Origin: an uncultured virus (IMG/VR IMGVR_UViG_3300021959_000026)
Taxonomy: Duplodnaviria > Heunggongvirae > Uroviricota > Caudoviricetes
DNA: 64,000 bases
Reading direction: 5' to 3' (one strand)
IMG/VR virus record: IMGVR_UViG_3300021959_000026
Position numbers and translations under genes: made by a program. Position 1 is the stretch's first letter. Each line of letters opens with the position of its first letter. Positions 8,957 to 17,096 of this stretch are shown piece after piece. The notes under the pieces are model-generated. The model was not told where the DNA came from, did not search any database, and saw only the letters and a program-made list of their open reading frames with translations.

Positions 8957-9608
8957 AGCATTCTTTCTCGCCGGTGGACCAGGCAGTGGTAAGTCTTTCG
9001 TTGTCAGAAAGTCTACCGGCGGTACAGGACTCAAGATAGTCAACTCTGATGATGTCTTTGAGAAGTATCTCAAAGATGCTGGTCTAGAAATGGACATGAC
9101 AACGGCAAAGGCTGAGCGTCAGAAGGAACCTAGAGACAAACTGCGTGATCGAGCAAAAGTGGTGACGCAAAAAAAGCAGGATAACTATGTTGATGGTCGC
9201 CTTGGACTCATCATAGATGGCACGGGGCGTGACTATGATAAGATTGCAAAACAATCAAACGAGCTTAAAAGACTTGGTTACGACACTCACATGATATATG
9301 TCAATACCTCGTTGGACGTTGCACTTGCTCGTAATGCAGAGCGTGAACGTAAGGTACACGCCTCAATTGCAACAAAATCGTGGAAAGACGTTCAGTCCAA
9401 CCTTGGTAAATTCAGTCAGCACTTTAGGGGCAACCTGATTATTGTTGATAATAACGATGTAAAAGTGGATGACGGCACATTGTTCAATAGTGTGTTGAGA
9501 CAAGTCAGAGGTTTGCTCAGGAAAAAGGTGCGAAATCCTACAGCACATCAGTGGATTGAGATGGAGATGAAGCGCAGAGGCATCACAAAAAAACCCAAGG
9601 GATTCTAA
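8904..9608 (+). CDS. P-loop kinase, zeta-toxin/AAA_33-like
   Basis: FFLAGGPGSGKS Walker A; VNSDD; IIDGTG; YVNTSLDVALARN..R.R lid motif. Confidence 0.85.
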   Translation: MKTYNELQEGLQDPNIFKAFFLAGGPGSGKSFVVRKSTGGTGLKIVNSDDVFEKYLKDAGLEMDMTTAKAERQKEPRDKLRDRAKVVTQKKQDNYVDGRLGLIIDGTGRDYDKIAKQSNELKRLGYDTHMIYVNTSLDVALARNAERERKVHASIATKSWKDVQSNLGKFSQHFRGNLIIVDNNDVKVDDGTLFNSVLRQVRGLLRKKVRNPTAHQWIEMEMKRRGITKKPKGF

Positions 9609-9616
9609 ATTAGCTA

Positions 9617-9645
9617 TTGACAAAACCTTTTCCGTATGGTAATAT
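9617..9645 (+). promoter_or_regulatory. Early (sigma70-type) promoter
   Basis: TTGACA-17 nt-TAATAT with TG extension. Confidence 0.85.
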
Positions 9646-9674
9646 GAGTTATACACTGAGAAAAGGAAGACGTT

Positions 9675-9860
9675 ATGATGAATTGCAACTGGATATTTCG
9701 TGACCTGATGATCAAGAAGCGGATCATGAGAGAAGCAGGGATTGACATTTCCGAGCTGGAAGTCTGGAAGGATGGTAAAGACCCTGAGAAGCGTATCTCT
9801 GAAGCCTTCAAGAAGGCTGGTCTGACGATGCCGAATATGAACAATAGAGGGATTGCATAA
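9675..9860 (+). CDS. Hypothetical early protein
   Basis: Follows early promoter and AGGA RBS; stop overlaps next start. Confidence 0.7.
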   Translation: MMNCNWIFRDLMIKKRIMREAGIDISELEVWKDGKDPEKRISEAFKKAGLTMPNMNNRGIA

Positions 9861-10063
9861 TGATCCTCACCCTCAAGGGCATCACCAACAAGGGTAAGAA
9901 CCGAATCAGAGAACACGGAGACAAGTGGGAAGTCCTAAAGCTTCCCCCCGGCGTTCTGGATATGACCCCAAAACCCTCATTACCCCCCATAAAATCACTG
10001 AAAACAGGTGAGTGGCGATGGCTAGATGATGTGAATTTTTCTTGGATTCCGAGTCGATTTTAG
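9860..10063 (+). CDS. Hypothetical protein
   Basis: TAATG coupling; LKG.T.KGKNRIREHG.W motif. Confidence 0.7.
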   Translation: MILTLKGITNKGKNRIREHGDKWEVLKLPPGVLDMTPKPSLPPIKSLKTGEWRWLDDVNFSWIPSRF

Positions 10064-10092
10064 TTGACAGAATCCTTTTCGCATGGTATACT
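10064..10092 (+). promoter_or_regulatory. Early (sigma70-type) promoter
   Basis: TTGACA-17 nt-TATACT with TG extension. Confidence 0.85.
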
Positions 10093-10122
10093 TAGGTATA
10101 ATCGGAAATCAAGAGGTTACAA

Positions 10123-10659
10123 ATGGTTGACAGAATTACGATGAACAAGGGTGTTGCTCTTGGATACGGTAATCTAGACAATCTAGAGCTCGTTGGTCGT
10201 GCCTTTGGGTACGATATCTACGTTGATAAGGTTGAAAGTACATATAACGATATTTGGGTATATGACCGCAATGTGACCAAACGAGTTCGTACTCTCTATG
10301 GTGACATGGAAACTCGCTACCGCATTGCTGCAAAGGTGGAGTTGTCGAGAGAACGTGGTGCATGGCACGTTGACCTACTCAGCGTCGATAGCCGGTACAA
10401 GGGTAATAACCTTGCCATCAAGATTTACAAGTTCCTCATGAAGAAACTGGATATCACGCTCAAGGCAGGAACCAGCCAGTCTGCTGGTGGACGGTATGTC
10501 TGGAACAAACTGTCCAAGACACCCGGCGTTGTAGTCTATGCCAAGAAGTCGCCCTATTCCAAGGTATTTGACTTCCCCAAGGCAGGGAATCGTGAGTTGA
10601 TCGGCAAGGTGTTTGACCTGTATGACAGCGATGCAGAAATATTCGCTGTTGCGGGCTAA
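10123..10659 (+). CDS. GNAT-fold acetyltransferase-like protein
   Basis: VDLLSVDSRYKGNNLAIKIYKFL (motif A-like) and QSAGGRYVWNKL. Confidence 0.6.
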   Translation: MVDRITMNKGVALGYGNLDNLELVGRAFGYDIYVDKVESTYNDIWVYDRNVTKRVRTLYGDMETRYRIAAKVELSRERGAWHVDLLSVDSRYKGNNLAIKIYKFLMKKLDITLKAGTSQSAGGRYVWNKLSKTPGVVVYAKKSPYSKVFDFPKAGNRELIGKVFDLYDSDAEIFAVAG

Positions 10660-10667
10660 ATTAGCTA

Positions 10668-10696
10668 TTGACAAATCATATTCCAGATGGTAATAT
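10668..10696 (+). promoter_or_regulatory. Early (sigma70-type) promoter
   Basis: TTGACA-17 nt-TAATAT, TG extension; shares ctaaattagctattgacaaa with the 9617 promoter. Confidence 0.85.
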
Positions 10697-10727
10697 GGGA
10701 TATAAGATGAGAAACAAAGAGGTTGTT

Positions 10728-10943
10728 ATGGAATTAGGTACGAAAATTATTGGTGACTTTGGTGGTTACACTGAACTCTGGAATGGTGAGGTTGTTACAA
10801 TCAGCCCGATATCGTCATGCCCGGCATTGACTCCAGAAGTCAAGATCAAATGGGACGATGGTTCTTATTCTTGGTGTGAGTTGAGTTTTATCAACGCCAA
10901 TAAAGGAATTGGTTACTTTACAGAGGATGGATATTATGAGTAA
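10728..10943 (+). CDS. Hypothetical early protein
   Basis: GAGG RBS before ATG 10728 (MELGTKIIGDFGG..). Confidence 0.65.
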   Translation: MELGTKIIGDFGGYTELWNGEVVTISPISSCPALTPEVKIKWDDGSYSWCELSFINANKGIGYFTEDGYYE

Positions 10944-11145
10944 AAACTCGTTTGATGTTTTCAACTCTTCGAAAAGGAAATCGAAAAATAGTTATACTGC
11001 GAAGAGGAAAAACAAGATTAGGGACAGGGACATGAGCAAAAAGGATGACATGTCTTTCCGTTCGAAAATTAGAATGTGTTCTGATGTCTCGTTTGGTGAG
11101 GGAAAATTTGCTAAGAAAAAACTAAGGGAAATACGTTATGGATAA
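10936..11145 (+). CDS. Hypothetical highly basic protein
   Basis: K/R-rich, overlaps both neighbours. Confidence 0.55.
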   Translation: MSKNSFDVFNSSKRKSKNSYTAKRKNKIRDRDMSKKDDMSFRSKIRMCSDVSFGEGKFAKKKLREIRYG

Positions 11146-11440
11146 GATTGACGCACTAACGAAGACTCTGCTCTATGAAAAAGTTGCGGTGATACACGCA
11201 GCCTTTGAGGACGCACCTACCACGGTTGCGTTTGTAGAGGTTAAGAAGGACGCAACCATCAACGAGAAGTTAGAGGCGGCGTTTGTGAAGACCAACAGCA
11301 TCAATGATGGCTGGTGGAACAACGAAGGTGTGACCAAGATGTTTGATGGTGGTGCATGTCGCAGCACAAGCATGGGTGACATGGTTTTAATTGGAAACAC
11401 TAAATACAAGTGTGAAATGACAGGATGGAGTGAAGTGTGA
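11138..11440 (+). CDS. YodL-like domain protein
   Basis: LE.AF..TN...W...RSTSMGDMV....Y.C...GW pattern resembles the YodL family (RSLSVGDVV). Confidence 0.5.
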   Translation: MDKIDALTKTLLYEKVAVIHAAFEDAPTTVAFVEVKKDATINEKLEAAFVKTNSINDGWWNNEGVTKMFDGGACRSTSMGDMVLIGNTKYKCEMTGWSEV

Positions 11441-11715
11441 TGATAAAAGCACTATTGGTCGTAATGACTATGACGGGATCAGAGTATAACGTAAATATGC
11501 CTGATATGCAAACATGCATGGAACAAGCAAAAATTGTTTCATCGCAAGGAATGGCAGCAGCTGAAACTCTTTGTATTCCTCGGGCAGATGAAAGTGCAAG
11601 AGTCAGAGAGATTTTTAGTTTATTCGGAAACATGATACAGGAGATGCAAACTAATGAATTGGGATCGTCTTATAGCAAATGCAAGAACGGCACTAGACAA
11701 TTGTACACAAACTAA
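11437..11715 (+). CDS. Hypothetical protein with N-terminal hydrophobic/signal segment
   Basis: MIKALLVVMTM..; C..C pair. Confidence 0.55.
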   Translation: MMIKALLVVMTMTGSEYNVNMPDMQTCMEQAKIVSSQGMAAAETLCIPRADESARVREIFSLFGNMIQEMQTNELGSSYSKCKNGTRQLYTN

Positions 11716-11788
11716 ATCAGAGTGGGGCGTACAGTACTGGTCTAATGTCCTAGCGTATCTACTGCGACAGGGACAACGCCTGTCATGA
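11654..11788 (+). CDS. Hypothetical 44-aa protein (below ORF-track cutoff)
   Basis: AGGAG RBS; MNWDRLIANARTALDNCTQTKSEWGVQYWSNVLAYLLRQGQRLS*; ATGA overlap with iscA. Confidence 0.55.
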   Translation: MNWDRLIANARTALDNCTQTKSEWGVQYWSNVLAYLLRQGQRLS

Positions 11789-12090
11789 TTACCCTCACTG
11801 ACTCTGCAAGAGACTATCTAAAATCTGTGAGTGACGGAGACTTTGTGTCCCTCGGCGTAAAGGGCGGGGGATGCTCTGGTATGCAGTATGTATGGGACTT
11901 CTCCAAGAACTGGCCAGACGTTGATTGGTCTGACCCCATTGACGATGTGCTGGTGATTGACCCTATGGCGGAGATGTTCGTATTGGGGTCAACGATTGAC
12001 TATGTATCAGAACTTGGTGGTAGTTTCCTCAAGATTATCAATCCAACTGCGAGTAGCAGCTGCGGGTGTGGAGAGTCCTTTAACGTATAA
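11785..12090 (+). CDS. iscA: A-type Fe-S cluster carrier (IscA/HesB family)
   Basis: MITLTDSA; GVKGGGCSGMQY; GSTIDY; NP.A.SSCGCGESF. Confidence 0.95.
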   Translation: MITLTDSARDYLKSVSDGDFVSLGVKGGGCSGMQYVWDFSKNWPDVDWSDPIDDVLVIDPMAEMFVLGSTIDYVSELGGSFLKIINPTASSSCGCGESFNV

Positions 12091-12100
12091 GCGAGAGATT

Positions 12101-12505
12101 ATGAAAATACTGACAAGTGATGAATACATCAAAGATGACCCTGTAAGACCCACATTATCCTACGCATGGCGTAAGAGTGTGGGTGAAATGTATTATATCG
12201 GTGAAGAGGATGACCCTGCCGCTATAGTGTGTGTTGCAATGACAACATATATTCCCAAAGATACAAGAGACATTGCCCTATCTAAAAGAGGGTTGTATGC
12301 CATACCTTACACAGTATGGAGCTATAAACCTAAAGCGGGTAGACAGATAATTATGGACCTGAGAGATTGGGCCATATACAATGGTTGGGAACGTCTTGTA
12401 ACCATGTCACCCAATACCGATATGGCACATAATTTTCATACCAAGAATGGTGCATTTTTGATCAAACAGAATGAGACAACTAGAAATTATGAATACGCAC
12501 TATGA
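12101..12505 (+). CDS. Hypothetical protein, possible GNAT-like fold
   Basis: IKDDPVRP, YTVWSY..KAGRQII, LVTMSP.T.MA.NFH.KNGA. Confidence 0.6.
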   Translation: MKILTSDEYIKDDPVRPTLSYAWRKSVGEMYYIGEEDDPAAIVCVAMTTYIPKDTRDIALSKRGLYAIPYTVWSYKPKAGRQIIMDLRDWAIYNGWERLVTMSPNTDMAHNFHTKNGAFLIKQNETTRNYEYAL

Positions 12506-12915
12506 AGAATAAACATATTGCAGCACATATGAAGTCTGCATTTAACTATGCAGAGTGCAGCACAGCAGAACGACTCAAGGTGGGCTGTGTGATCGTCAAG
12601 GATGATCGCATCATATCCATAGGATACAACGGTATGCCCTCTGGGTGGACCAACGTATGTGAGGATGAGGACTTCGTTACCAAACCAGAAGTCCTACACG
12701 CAGAAGAGAATGCAATCACCAAGCTCGCAAGGAGCAATGAGTCAGGTGAGGGTGCAACAGCATTTATTACACATGTCCCTTGCCTTTCCTGTGCAAAACT
12801 GTTATACTCATCTGGTATAATAGAGGTGTGGTATACACATCCCTATAAGAACACTGAGGGATTGGATTTCCTCAATGAATGTATGATAAAGGTGAATGCG
12901 TATGCAAACGATTGA
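12502..12915 (+). CDS. cd: dCMP deaminase
   Basis: KVGCVIVKDDRIISIGYNG, HAEENAI, PCLSC zinc motifs. Confidence 0.95.
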   Translation: MKNKHIAAHMKSAFNYAECSTAERLKVGCVIVKDDRIISIGYNGMPSGWTNVCEDEDFVTKPEVLHAEENAITKLARSNESGEGATAFITHVPCLSCAKLLYSSGIIEVWYTHPYKNTEGLDFLNECMIKVNAYAND

Positions 12916-14290
12916 ACGAACAACCCTATCAGAGCTGGTAGGTAATGAGCAGTATGCACGAAAGGTGCTTCCCTTTATACGAGGGGAGTATTTTTCTGAC
13001 CGTACTGAGCGCATCGTATTTGAAGAGATACAGAAGTTCGTAGAGCGATACAATGCACTACCCACTAAGTCAACTCTGGAGATTGAGATTGACTCACGCC
13101 GTGATCTGAACGAGGATGACATTCGGCGTGTATTAACGGTGGTGAAGGAACTAGAAAACGACAAAGATGTGAACTTTGATTGGTTGGTTGAAACCACAGA
13201 GAAGTTCTGCAAGGATAAGGCGGTATATAATGCGATTGTTGAAGGAATTCAAATCATTGATGGAAAGGATAAGGAACGAGGCCCAGACGCTATCCCAAGC
13301 ATTCTCACAGATGCCCTTGCTGTGGGTTTCGATAATTCTGTTGGCCATGATTACCTGTTGGATGCAGACGCCCGATTTGAGTATTACCATACGATAGAGG
13401 AGAAGATACCATTTGATCTGGAATTCTTCAATCGTATCACTAAGGGGGGATTACCACCCAAGACACTGAACATCGCCCTTGCGGGTACTGGTGTGGGTAA
13501 ATCCCTGTTCATGTGTCATATGGCAGCGAACTGTATGAATCAGGGTAAGAACGTATTGTACATCACCCTAGAGATGGCAGAGGAACGCATTGCAGAACGT
13601 ATTGATGCAAACCTCATGAATGTGTCTATGGAAGACTTGCATAGTTTACCCAAGACAATGTATGATACCAAGATCAATAAAATCATCAAGGAGACGAATG
13701 GACAGTTGGTCATCAAGGAATATCCTACTGCATCCGCACATTCCGCACACTTTAGGGGACTAATCAAGGAACTCGCTATCAAGAAGAGTTTCAAGCCAGA
13801 TATCATCTTCATAGATTATCTGAATATCTGTGCATCATCACGATTCAAGGGACAAGCAAATGTCAATTCGTACATGTATATCAAGTCGATTGCAGAAGAA
13901 TTACGAGGACTTGCAGTTGAAACAAACGTCCCTATTATGTCTGCAACACAAACGACACGCTCTGGGTTCTCCAATTCCGATGTGGGCCTTGAAGATACCA
14001 GTGAGAGTTTTGGACTACCGGCTACTGCTGACCTCATGTTTGCACTCATTAGTAACGAAGAACTAGAGGCCGCAAATCAGATTGCGGTGAAACAGTTAAA
14101 GAACCGATACAATGATCCGACTATGAACAAACGCTTTGTCATTGGTATTGATCGTGGAAAGATGCGACTTATGGACCTAGATGAGAGCCAACAGGATGGA
14201 CTTGCGGATAGTAACCAGACAGAGGAGAAGGATGACTTCGAGTCGCCCACATTTGACAAGACAGAGTTTGGAGAGGGTTGGAAGGTATGA
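12902..14290 (+). CDS. gp41: Replicative DNA helicase gp41 (DnaB family)
   Basis: LAGTGVGKSL, YITLEMAEERIAERIDAN, IKEYPT, IDYLNIC, QTTRSG, SESFGLPATAD, KQLKNRY. Confidence 0.97.
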   Translation: MQTIERTTLSELVGNEQYARKVLPFIRGEYFSDRTERIVFEEIQKFVERYNALPTKSTLEIEIDSRRDLNEDDIRRVLTVVKELENDKDVNFDWLVETTEKFCKDKAVYNAIVEGIQIIDGKDKERGPDAIPSILTDALAVGFDNSVGHDYLLDADARFEYYHTIEEKIPFDLEFFNRITKGGLPPKTLNIALAGTGVGKSLFMCHMAANCMNQGKNVLYITLEMAEERIAERIDANLMNVSMEDLHSLPKTMYDTKINKIIKETNGQLVIKEYPTASAHSAHFRGLIKELAIKKSFKPDIIFIDYLNICASSRFKGQANVNSYMYIKSIAEELRGLAVETNVPIMSATQTTRSGFSNSDVGLEDTSESFGLPATADLMFALISNEELEAANQIAVKQLKNRYNDPTMNKRFVIGIDRGKMRLMDLDESQQDGLADSNQTEEKDDFESPTFDKTEFGEGWKV

Positions 14291-14454
14291 CCGCATTATG
14301 GTATAAATGGTATATTCACCTAAGAGAAGAGGGTTATAGTATAGGCACTGCACTTGTAGCTGGATGGTGGAATGCAAGTATAAACGCACAATACTGGACA
14401 GAAGGTCCAAAGAAATGGGTTGACAATAGGCCAGATAGGTATTATAGAGGATGA
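14287..14454 (+). CDS. Hypothetical 55-aa Trp-rich protein (below ORF-track cutoff)
   Basis: ATGA overlaps at both ends; MTALWYKWYIHLREEGYSIG.. Confidence 0.55.
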   Translation: MTALWYKWYIHLREEGYSIGTALVAGWWNASINAQYWTEGPKKWVDNRPDRYYRG

Positions 14455-14987
14455 AAATCATTGACGACTATTTGGATCAGGATGATGTCGATGCACTGAA
14501 TAACCTGCACATAGAGTATGCGAAGGTACACTGGGTGGGTGCTGCATCGAACCCCGACACCAATGCACTGACAAAGATGGTGCATTCAACGTATAACTAT
14601 ATAAAAGACCCTGCATTGGGTGCTACAGCGTGGTATAACGTGCGCCCAGTGGACCCCGTGTGGCACAGTGACATTCTATCCTATTGTGACGAATATCCCA
14701 TAAATTCACTGCCTGAGAGTACATTCATCTATTATATGAGGTCACCAGACAGTGGTGGCCACCTTGAGATAGGTGGTCCGGGCCCTGTATCAGATTGGAA
14801 ATGCACCACAACATTCGAACCAATACCCAATCGACTGATATACTTCGATGCAACATTGACGCATAGAGTGCAACCATATGAGGGTAATAGAGTATCAATA
14901 GGCATAGTATGGTGGAAGATCACACCAGATAGATATGAAGAGCAGAAAATAGACGAATACAACGTACTAGAGAGGGTATGGAAATGA
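14451..14987 (+). CDS. 2OG-Fe(II) oxygenase
   Basis: IIDDYL, WHSD (HxD), GGHL, NRLIYFD...HRV....R.S. Confidence 0.85.
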   Translation: MKIIDDYLDQDDVDALNNLHIEYAKVHWVGAASNPDTNALTKMVHSTYNYIKDPALGATAWYNVRPVDPVWHSDILSYCDEYPINSLPESTFIYYMRSPDSGGHLEIGGPGPVSDWKCTTTFEPIPNRLIYFDATLTHRVQPYEGNRVSIGIVWWKITPDRYEEQKIDEYNVLERVWK

Positions 14988-15277
14988 GCAGAATTGAACC
15001 AAACACATATTCATATGTGACAAAAGACGGATATGAACATATGGCTGTCATGATGGAAGAAGGTAAGTACAAGGGTGTAGCATGGGGTTATACCAAGATA
15101 AATCTACCAAAAACAGAAGATGGCCGTGCAGTTCTATCCTTTGAGTTCGAAATACTGGATAATGCGAAGCTTGAATTTGAGGACATAGATGAGGAAGAGT
15201 TCATGAACCTCATGGGTGATATACTCGCTGATCAGATAGATGAACAGTTAGAGACAGGCAGGGTGAAGTTTGCGTGA
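14984..15277 (+). CDS. gp40: Head vertex assembly chaperone gp40-like
   Basis: EGKYKGV...Y.KI, LSFEFEIL, F.N.MGDIL pattern; near gene 41. Confidence 0.7.
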   Translation: MSRIEPNTYSYVTKDGYEHMAVMMEEGKYKGVAWGYTKINLPKTEDGRAVLSFEFEILDNAKLEFEDIDEEEFMNLMGDILADQIDEQLETGRVKFA

Positions 15278-15807
15278 TGAACCTATTCGATATGAACAGT
15301 GATAACATTACCATTAACATAGATGGTAAAGACATAGAGATGAAACCAACTATATGCTTCGGTAAGGTATATGACAAGTGGGGGGTGAGCAAGTGTGGTA
15401 AGTTATGGAGTATAAGATTTAATAGACACATAAAGGGCGTGGCGTGTTTTATCAGGAGAAAAGATGGTTCGAAAAATATTACATGTATAAAAACTTTCAT
15501 GTCGGTGCCAAAGGGATTTTGGGAAGATGGTTCTGGTTTACCTCAGAGTGGTAATACAATACGCCGCAACATAAAATTGCATAAAATAGTAATGGATACA
15601 TGGAAACCACTATATGACAATCCACCAGAGGGTATAGTATGGGAAGAGTGGGAGAAGGTTAGAGATTTGCCTAGTGTGTATAACCATATAAGCAAGACCA
15701 TTGTAATAGATCACATTGATGATGATCCTACGAATAATCACCTTGATAATCTAAGAAGAGTGACCAGTTGGGATAACAATAAAACTAGGAAATCACAGGA
15801 TATATGA
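15274..15807 (+). CDS. HNH endonuclease (free-standing homing endonuclease-like)
   Basis: VSKCGK, LHKIVMDTW, IDHIDDDPTNNHLDNLRRVT..N. Confidence 0.85.
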   Translation: MMNLFDMNSDNITINIDGKDIEMKPTICFGKVYDKWGVSKCGKLWSIRFNRHIKGVACFIRRKDGSKNITCIKTFMSVPKGFWEDGSGLPQSGNTIRRNIKLHKIVMDTWKPLYDNPPEGIVWEEWEKVRDLPSVYNHISKTIVIDHIDDDPTNNHLDNLRRVTSWDNNKTRKSQDI

Positions 15808-15825
15808 GTGATGCGGATAACATCT

Positions 15826-15860
15826 CCCAAATAGACCCATAAATACCCATATTTCCCCAT
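15826..15860. repeat. Four CCCA(T/A) units at exact 10-bp spacing
   Basis: ccca starts at 15826, 15836, 15846, 15856, followed by an AT-rich stretch. Confidence 0.6.
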
Positions 15861-15940
15861 ATATTAAAAAGGTTAAAATAAACATAATATACCGATGTGC
15901 AGAGGGGATTAAAGTCTCCCATGTATCGGCTCAATATCAA

Positions 15941-15971
15941 AGAACCTCAGTGAAATATCTGAGGTTTTTTT
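15941..15971 (+). terminator. Rho-independent terminator
   Basis: aacctcag-tgaaatat-ctgaggtt followed by T-run. Confidence 0.8.
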
Positions 15972-15992
15972 GTATTTAATTGCAGAAAGTCC

Positions 15993-16021
15993 TTGACAAC
16001 GCCTTGACAATGTGTTACTAT
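15993..16021 (+). promoter_or_regulatory. Early (sigma70-type) promoter
   Basis: TTGACA-17 nt-TACTAT with TG extension; second TTGACA 11 nt downstream. Confidence 0.8.
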
Positions 16022-16060
16022 CTGCTTGTAGATGGTTGATAAGACATAAAGGACTAACGA

Positions 16061-16279
16061 ATGACTGATATCACTGACATTAACCCCATTGTGAATGTGG
16101 GCACTGATAAGAACCCCATGTATGTTCTGGATGCCACTTGGATGACTGTGCTGTATGAGAAGATCACTGGTAAGGACTTCAAGGGTGATGACGACTATCT
16201 GGAATTCACTGACAGGTTTGTGAAAGAGTATAATGAGGGTGGCTTTGATACCACTCTGGCCATCAAGAGGATGATGTAA
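16061..16279 (+). CDS. Hypothetical early protein
   Basis: AAGGA RBS after early promoter. Confidence 0.7.
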   Translation: MTDITDINPIVNVGTDKNPMYVLDATWMTVLYEKITGKDFKGDDDYLEFTDRFVKEYNEGGFDTTLAIKRMM

Positions 16280-16422
16280 TGAATGAACAGGAATATCGTG
16301 ACATATATGCAGAGTATTGCATGGAGAGTGGTGAGCGTATGACTGACAGAGGCTTTCGAGAGTTCAAGGCATGGCGTAAGAGGGTAGAAGAGTTATTTGA
16401 GAAACGTGAAGATTCTTCTTGA
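16279..16422 (+). CDS. Hypothetical 47-aa protein
   Basis: TAATG coupling; MNEQEYRDIYAEYCMESGERMTDRGFREFKAWRKRVEELFEKREDSS*. Confidence 0.6.
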   Translation: MNEQEYRDIYAEYCMESGERMTDRGFREFKAWRKRVEELFEKREDSS

Positions 16423-16447
16423 CATTACCCGCTGCGTATGGTATAGT
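16419..16447 (+). promoter_or_regulatory. Early (sigma70-type) promoter
   Basis: TTGACA-17 nt-TATAGT with TG extension. Confidence 0.85.
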
Positions 16448-16480
16448 TAGATATACTGAGAAAACAACGGAGACTTCGAT

Positions 16481-16672
16481 ATGACTACTCTTGCTGCTAA
16501 AGGATATACCACTGATGGCGTTCCTGTCTTCCTGTGGGCGTATGGGAACTACAAGTATGAGGTAGAGGTGAAGAAGTTGAACTTCACTGAGAGTGAAGTG
16601 TTTGATGCCTCTTTTAATGAGGCTGTGAATAAGTTTGAGGACCGTGCCATTAATGGTGTAGAGTTCTTCTGA
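16481..16672 (+). CDS. Hypothetical early protein
   Basis: GGAG RBS after early promoter. Confidence 0.7.
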   Translation: MTTLAAKGYTTDGVPVFLWAYGNYKYEVEVKKLNFTESEVFDASFNEAVNKFEDRAINGVEFF

Positions 16673-16748
16673 TTGTCTTAGAGAGTGTCCCGAATGGTCT
16701 TACGTATACTGCTGAAGTGCTAGGTGGACTGACACTCTCTCTTTTATT

Positions 16749-16920
16749 GAGGAGAGTCTGGACGAGTGAATGATATATATCCTGTTGGACTGACTACTGA
16801 AGAGCGCTAGAGCTCTGAAGCTGACAGTGGGATGGATGAAGCCAGGATCGTTTGTGAGACAATATCAAGGTAGCTCACACTACCTAACAGGGGGTTCGAT
16901 TCCCCCTCTCTCTACCTCTC
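16749..16920 (+). ncRNA. Putative structured ncRNA ending in a tRNA-like T-arm/acceptor
   Basis: GGGGG-TTCGATT-CCCCC T-arm then TCTCTCT-ACC; further hairpins and a possible pseudoknot; no canonical cloverleaf. Confidence 0.4.
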
Positions 16921-17012
16921 ATATGACTAAGGGGGGGTTAGAACTGGAACGCTATACCTAATCTATAAATGCAATAACTTCCCTAAGTAATATTTTCCTG
17001 TGAATATTTCCA

Positions 17013-17055
17013 AGACACCCCCCCTAAAACTGAGAGCATTTTATTTGCACTTCCC
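17013..17055. repeat. C-tract repeat copy 1
   Basis: AGACACCCCCCCTAAAACTGAGAGCATTTTATTTGCACTTCCC. Confidence 0.7.
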
Positions 17056-17067
17056 TGCATTATTTTA

Positions 17068-17096
17068 TTGACAAACCTTTCTGAGTATGGTACTGT
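17068..17096 (+). promoter_or_regulatory. Early (sigma70-type) promoter
   Basis: TTGACA-17 nt-TACTGT with TG extension. Confidence 0.8.

Noticed and set aside
14420..14448. Additional early promoter at TTGACA 14420
   Set aside because: The -10 box at 17-bp spacing (TATAGA) is poor, there is no TG extension, and it lies within a coupled small ORF
16790..16830. Hammerhead ribozyme (CTGAAGA core)
   Set aside because: No GAAA or stem III/UH arrangement follows
16890..16916. Canonical tRNA gene
   Set aside because: Only the T-arm and an acceptor-like 3' strand are present; no D-arm or anticodon arm at the correct spacing. Kept as an ncRNA candidate instead.
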